The notes under the pieces were generated by a model that was not told the DNA's origin, made no database searches, and worked only from the letters and a program-made list of their open reading frames with translations. The position numbers and the translations under genes are program-made. 64,000 nucleotides of DNA from Corallochytrium limacisporum Hawaii (lineage: Eukaryota > Protista > Pluriformea): contig PDIP01000086.1 in the NCBI GenBank assembly GCA_002811645.1, forward strand, positions 42,133 through 106,132, read 5' to 3'. Numbering within the stretch: the stretch's first letter is position 1; each line of letters starts with the position of its first letter. Below are positions 61,850 to 64,000 of this stretch, in pieces.

Positions 61850-62122
61850 GAGAGAGACAGAGAGAGTGAGTGAGTGAGTGAGTGAGTGAGTGAGTGAGTG
61901 AGTGAGTGAGTGAGTGAGTGAGTGAGTGAGTGAGTGAGTGAGTGAGTGAGTGAGTGAGGAGTGAGTGAGTGAGTGAGTGAGTGAGTGAGTGAGTGAGTGA
62001 GTGAGTGAGTGAGTGAGTGAGTGAGTGAGTGAGTGAGTGAGTGAGTGAGAGAGTGAGTGAGAGAGTGAGAGAGTGAGTGAGTGAGAGAGTAAGAGAGTGA
62101 GAGAGAGAGAGAGAGAGTGAGT
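61850..62122. repeat. (GAGT)n tetranucleotide microsatellite grading into (GA)n
   Basis: About 45 GAGT units from 61864 to about 62047, one interruption near 61957, then mixed GA/GAGT. Confidence 0.97.
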
Positions 62123-62686
62123 GTTGCTTTGCTTTGGCAGCGAGATTGTCGAGAGACATGCACAGGTGGCCCGATTTCCCGTCGGTCAGCACTGGTTTTT
62201 GGAAATAAAGTACTATTTGGAAGGTCCCGCAAAGGGGTGGGGGAGCAAAGAACGAGAAGACATTCTCAAGAATCTCCAAGTTCACACCGCGACGGAGATG
62301 GGGTCGGTGACCGTCGTGGAAACTAGAGCAACAGTTCCATTCTGTCAAACTGTGGAAAAAGGGAATGACGGACCTGTCCCATTTAGCAAAGGGATTGAAA
62401 CGGTGCGGAAGTTTCCAGACCAAATTGTGGACACAGAAAGTTGCGGGATGGCGCACAGGGGTGAAGGGGGTCTGATTTTTCGAAAAATGTTGGGTAGAGA
62501 GGGAAGGTCTTGCAATGGAAGGGTGCTAAAGAAGGGGGGGGGGGGAAAGGGGCCCGTGGAGTGCGGTGAGAGGAGGAGTAGGGAAGAGAGGGGAAAGAAA
62601 GGGGAAAAGCGGGAGGGAGTAGAGCTCTCGTGGGGGAGAGGAGGGGAAGGGAGGCGGGTTCACCGCACCCTTGCAGTTCACTCCTA

Positions 62687-63370
62687 TGGATGAGCGAATC
62701 AATGTTTAGCAGGTGTGATTTGTCGTATCCGTCAGGTTTCCGCTCCGCCATCAAGATTCTAAAGCATATCGATTCTCTTGCGGGAAAGCAAGTATCGATG
62801 CGATATTAGTGAGATACTCTGCTTCGCAACTTAAGTCACGTCGGATCAGGTACTTCAGTTGGATCGCCGTGTGACCAATCACCAATGTATTCATTGTCGT
62901 CAGACTAGGAATTCGTACCAGCACACACATGTATTGAGAACACCATGCACTTTAAGCTACTCAACCATTTCGGCAGTACTTCCAGGAAAGCGGCTGGGGA
63001 ACCCAGCATGCATCCCAGAAGCTCCAACGCCTCTAAGGACTCTGACAGTGGCCTCAGTGATGAGGAAATGCTTTCTCCCCGCACCCGCCTGTTTGTGGTC
63101 TTTCTCTCTGATGCTGAGGAACAGTATGCTCCTCCAGCCATCGAAGGTCCAATGAGTCTTGCTGAGCGCCGCGCAGTGTACCGTTGCGACCGCCAGCGGA
63201 GACAAAACATTGAAATTATTCACCATGTATAGTGGGTGAGAAGAAATGAAAACTCTGGAGTTATCAAAAACATGTTGCTTTCAAAGGGCACCTGATCATG
63301 TCGTTCTGGGTGTCCCATTGAATCCCAAGCCTTCAATCCATATCACCTTCCCATGAACATCATCCGTAGC
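62687..63370 (+). pseudogene. Decayed WD40 gene fragment, Cdc20/Fizzy-family-like C-terminus
   Basis: Across frames: SAIKIL / *EFVPAHTCIENT / CLWSFSLMLRNSMLLQPSKVQ*VLLSAAQCTVATASGDKTLKLF (TVATA motif at 63180) / MNIIR (63353-63367), paralleling Cdc20 AVKAV, ELISGHGFAQNQ, IWKYPTM..SPDGATVASAAADETLRLW and the terminal IR tail. Confidence 0.45.
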
Positions 63371-63498
63371 ATAACATTACTTTCATGACATACCGTTTCC
63401 ATTAACAAAATACAGACCAATATGATTCTCGATTCATGTGCTACCTGTCCGGTTCATGGCGCGACGTGGGGAAACTTTTAATATGCATATATTGGCAG

Positions 63499-64000
63499 TT
63501 ACGGTTCCTTTCGGGGGACAGTCATGCGATAGCCATGAAGCATCTTGCGAACATCGCGGTCTCCACGGTCCTCCTCAAACATGGGACCGACGTCTACAGT
63601 CTCAATTTCCTCCACCTGGAAGCCTTGGTTCCGGGCGTGCTCAAAGAATTGGAGATCCTTCTCCTTGAGCCAGGGTCGGTGGTGGCTAAAGTAGACCAGA
63701 ACCATGGCCCTGGGGTCATCACGACGCAGGCACTGCCAGCAGTTCCGCACCAAATTCTCGTGTTGGTCAAAGGTGGCCATGATGTCAGCGCATACAATAA
63801 TATCATAGCCGTGACCGTCCGGCGTTAAAGCCAGCAGTGGCTGCTCATCACCTCCCCACTTGAACGGAAGAACCTTTACTCTTCGGGCGATTTCCGCATG
63901 GTCTCTTGTCAGGTTGACAGCAACGTTGCTCTCGATCATTTCAATTAGTTCTTTGTCCGGATAATCCGTGGCCACGGCCAGCGCGGCGCCATTGCAAGCT
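63499..64000 (-). CDS. EFM7: eEF1A N-terminal/lysine methyltransferase EFM7/NNT1-like (family 16), 5' end outside the window
   Basis: TDYPDKELI..IESNV, FKWG, YDIIVCADIM, VYFSHHRPWLKEKDLQFF, PMFEEDRGD; frame open to the window edge. Confidence 0.85.
   Translation of the reverse strand, partial: ACNGAALAVATDYPDKELIEMIESNVAVNLTRDHAEIARRVKVLPFKWGGDEQPLLALTPDGHGYDIIVCADIMATFDQHENLVRNCWQCLRRDDPRAMVLVYFSHHRPWLKEKDLQFFEHARNQGFQVEEIETVDVGPMFEEDRGDRDVRKMLHGYRMTVPRKEP

Noticed and set aside
61732-62456. ORFs containing LTHS repeats
   Set aside because: Translation artefact of the (GAGT)n microsatellite.
1-64000. Transposons, CRISPR arrays, rRNA or spliceosomal snRNA genes
   Set aside because: No transposase/RT/integrase motifs, repeat-spacer arrays or recognisable RNA gene signatures were seen by eye; a covariance-model scan was not possible.

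Overview
Eukaryotic nuclear DNA that is gene-dense and apparently intronless. About 21 single-exon protein genes are recognisable: BARD1-like, two C2H2 zinc-finger paralogues, an ADAM/TSP1 metalloprotease, SLC33A1, TBCA, IBTK, a crotonase, NHP2, homoaconitase LYS4, a tandem-duplicated 4-TM membrane protein with one frameshift, EME1-like, a SUR-like ABCC, LRRC58-like, SDHAF3, a FASTK/HPR-like protein, TMEM39, an AZUL-HECT E3, TMEM143, an ASPP-like ANK-SH3 protein and a partial EFM7/NNT1. Animal-type genes, the alpha-aminoadipate lysine pathway and the near-absence of introns together point to a unicellular holozoan, most plausibly Corallochytrium-like (inference). The main hidden signal lies in the apparent intergenic gaps, which hold decaying ciliary genes at graded stages of erosion: LRRC51 (2 lesions), CFAP61 (about 8 lesions plus a large internal deletion) and BBS7 (heavily eroded). 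Two decayed WD40 genes are also present, one of them Cdc20/Fizzy-like, while the neighbouring housekeeping genes are intact. This looks like a record of staged flagellum loss. Promoter-side spacers carry C(n)G(n) and G-quadruplex tracts, the DNA-repair genes carry E2F/CHR-like motifs, and there is one assembly gap and a (GAGT)n microsatellite. All homology calls come from hand translation and recalled family motifs; no database search was run.
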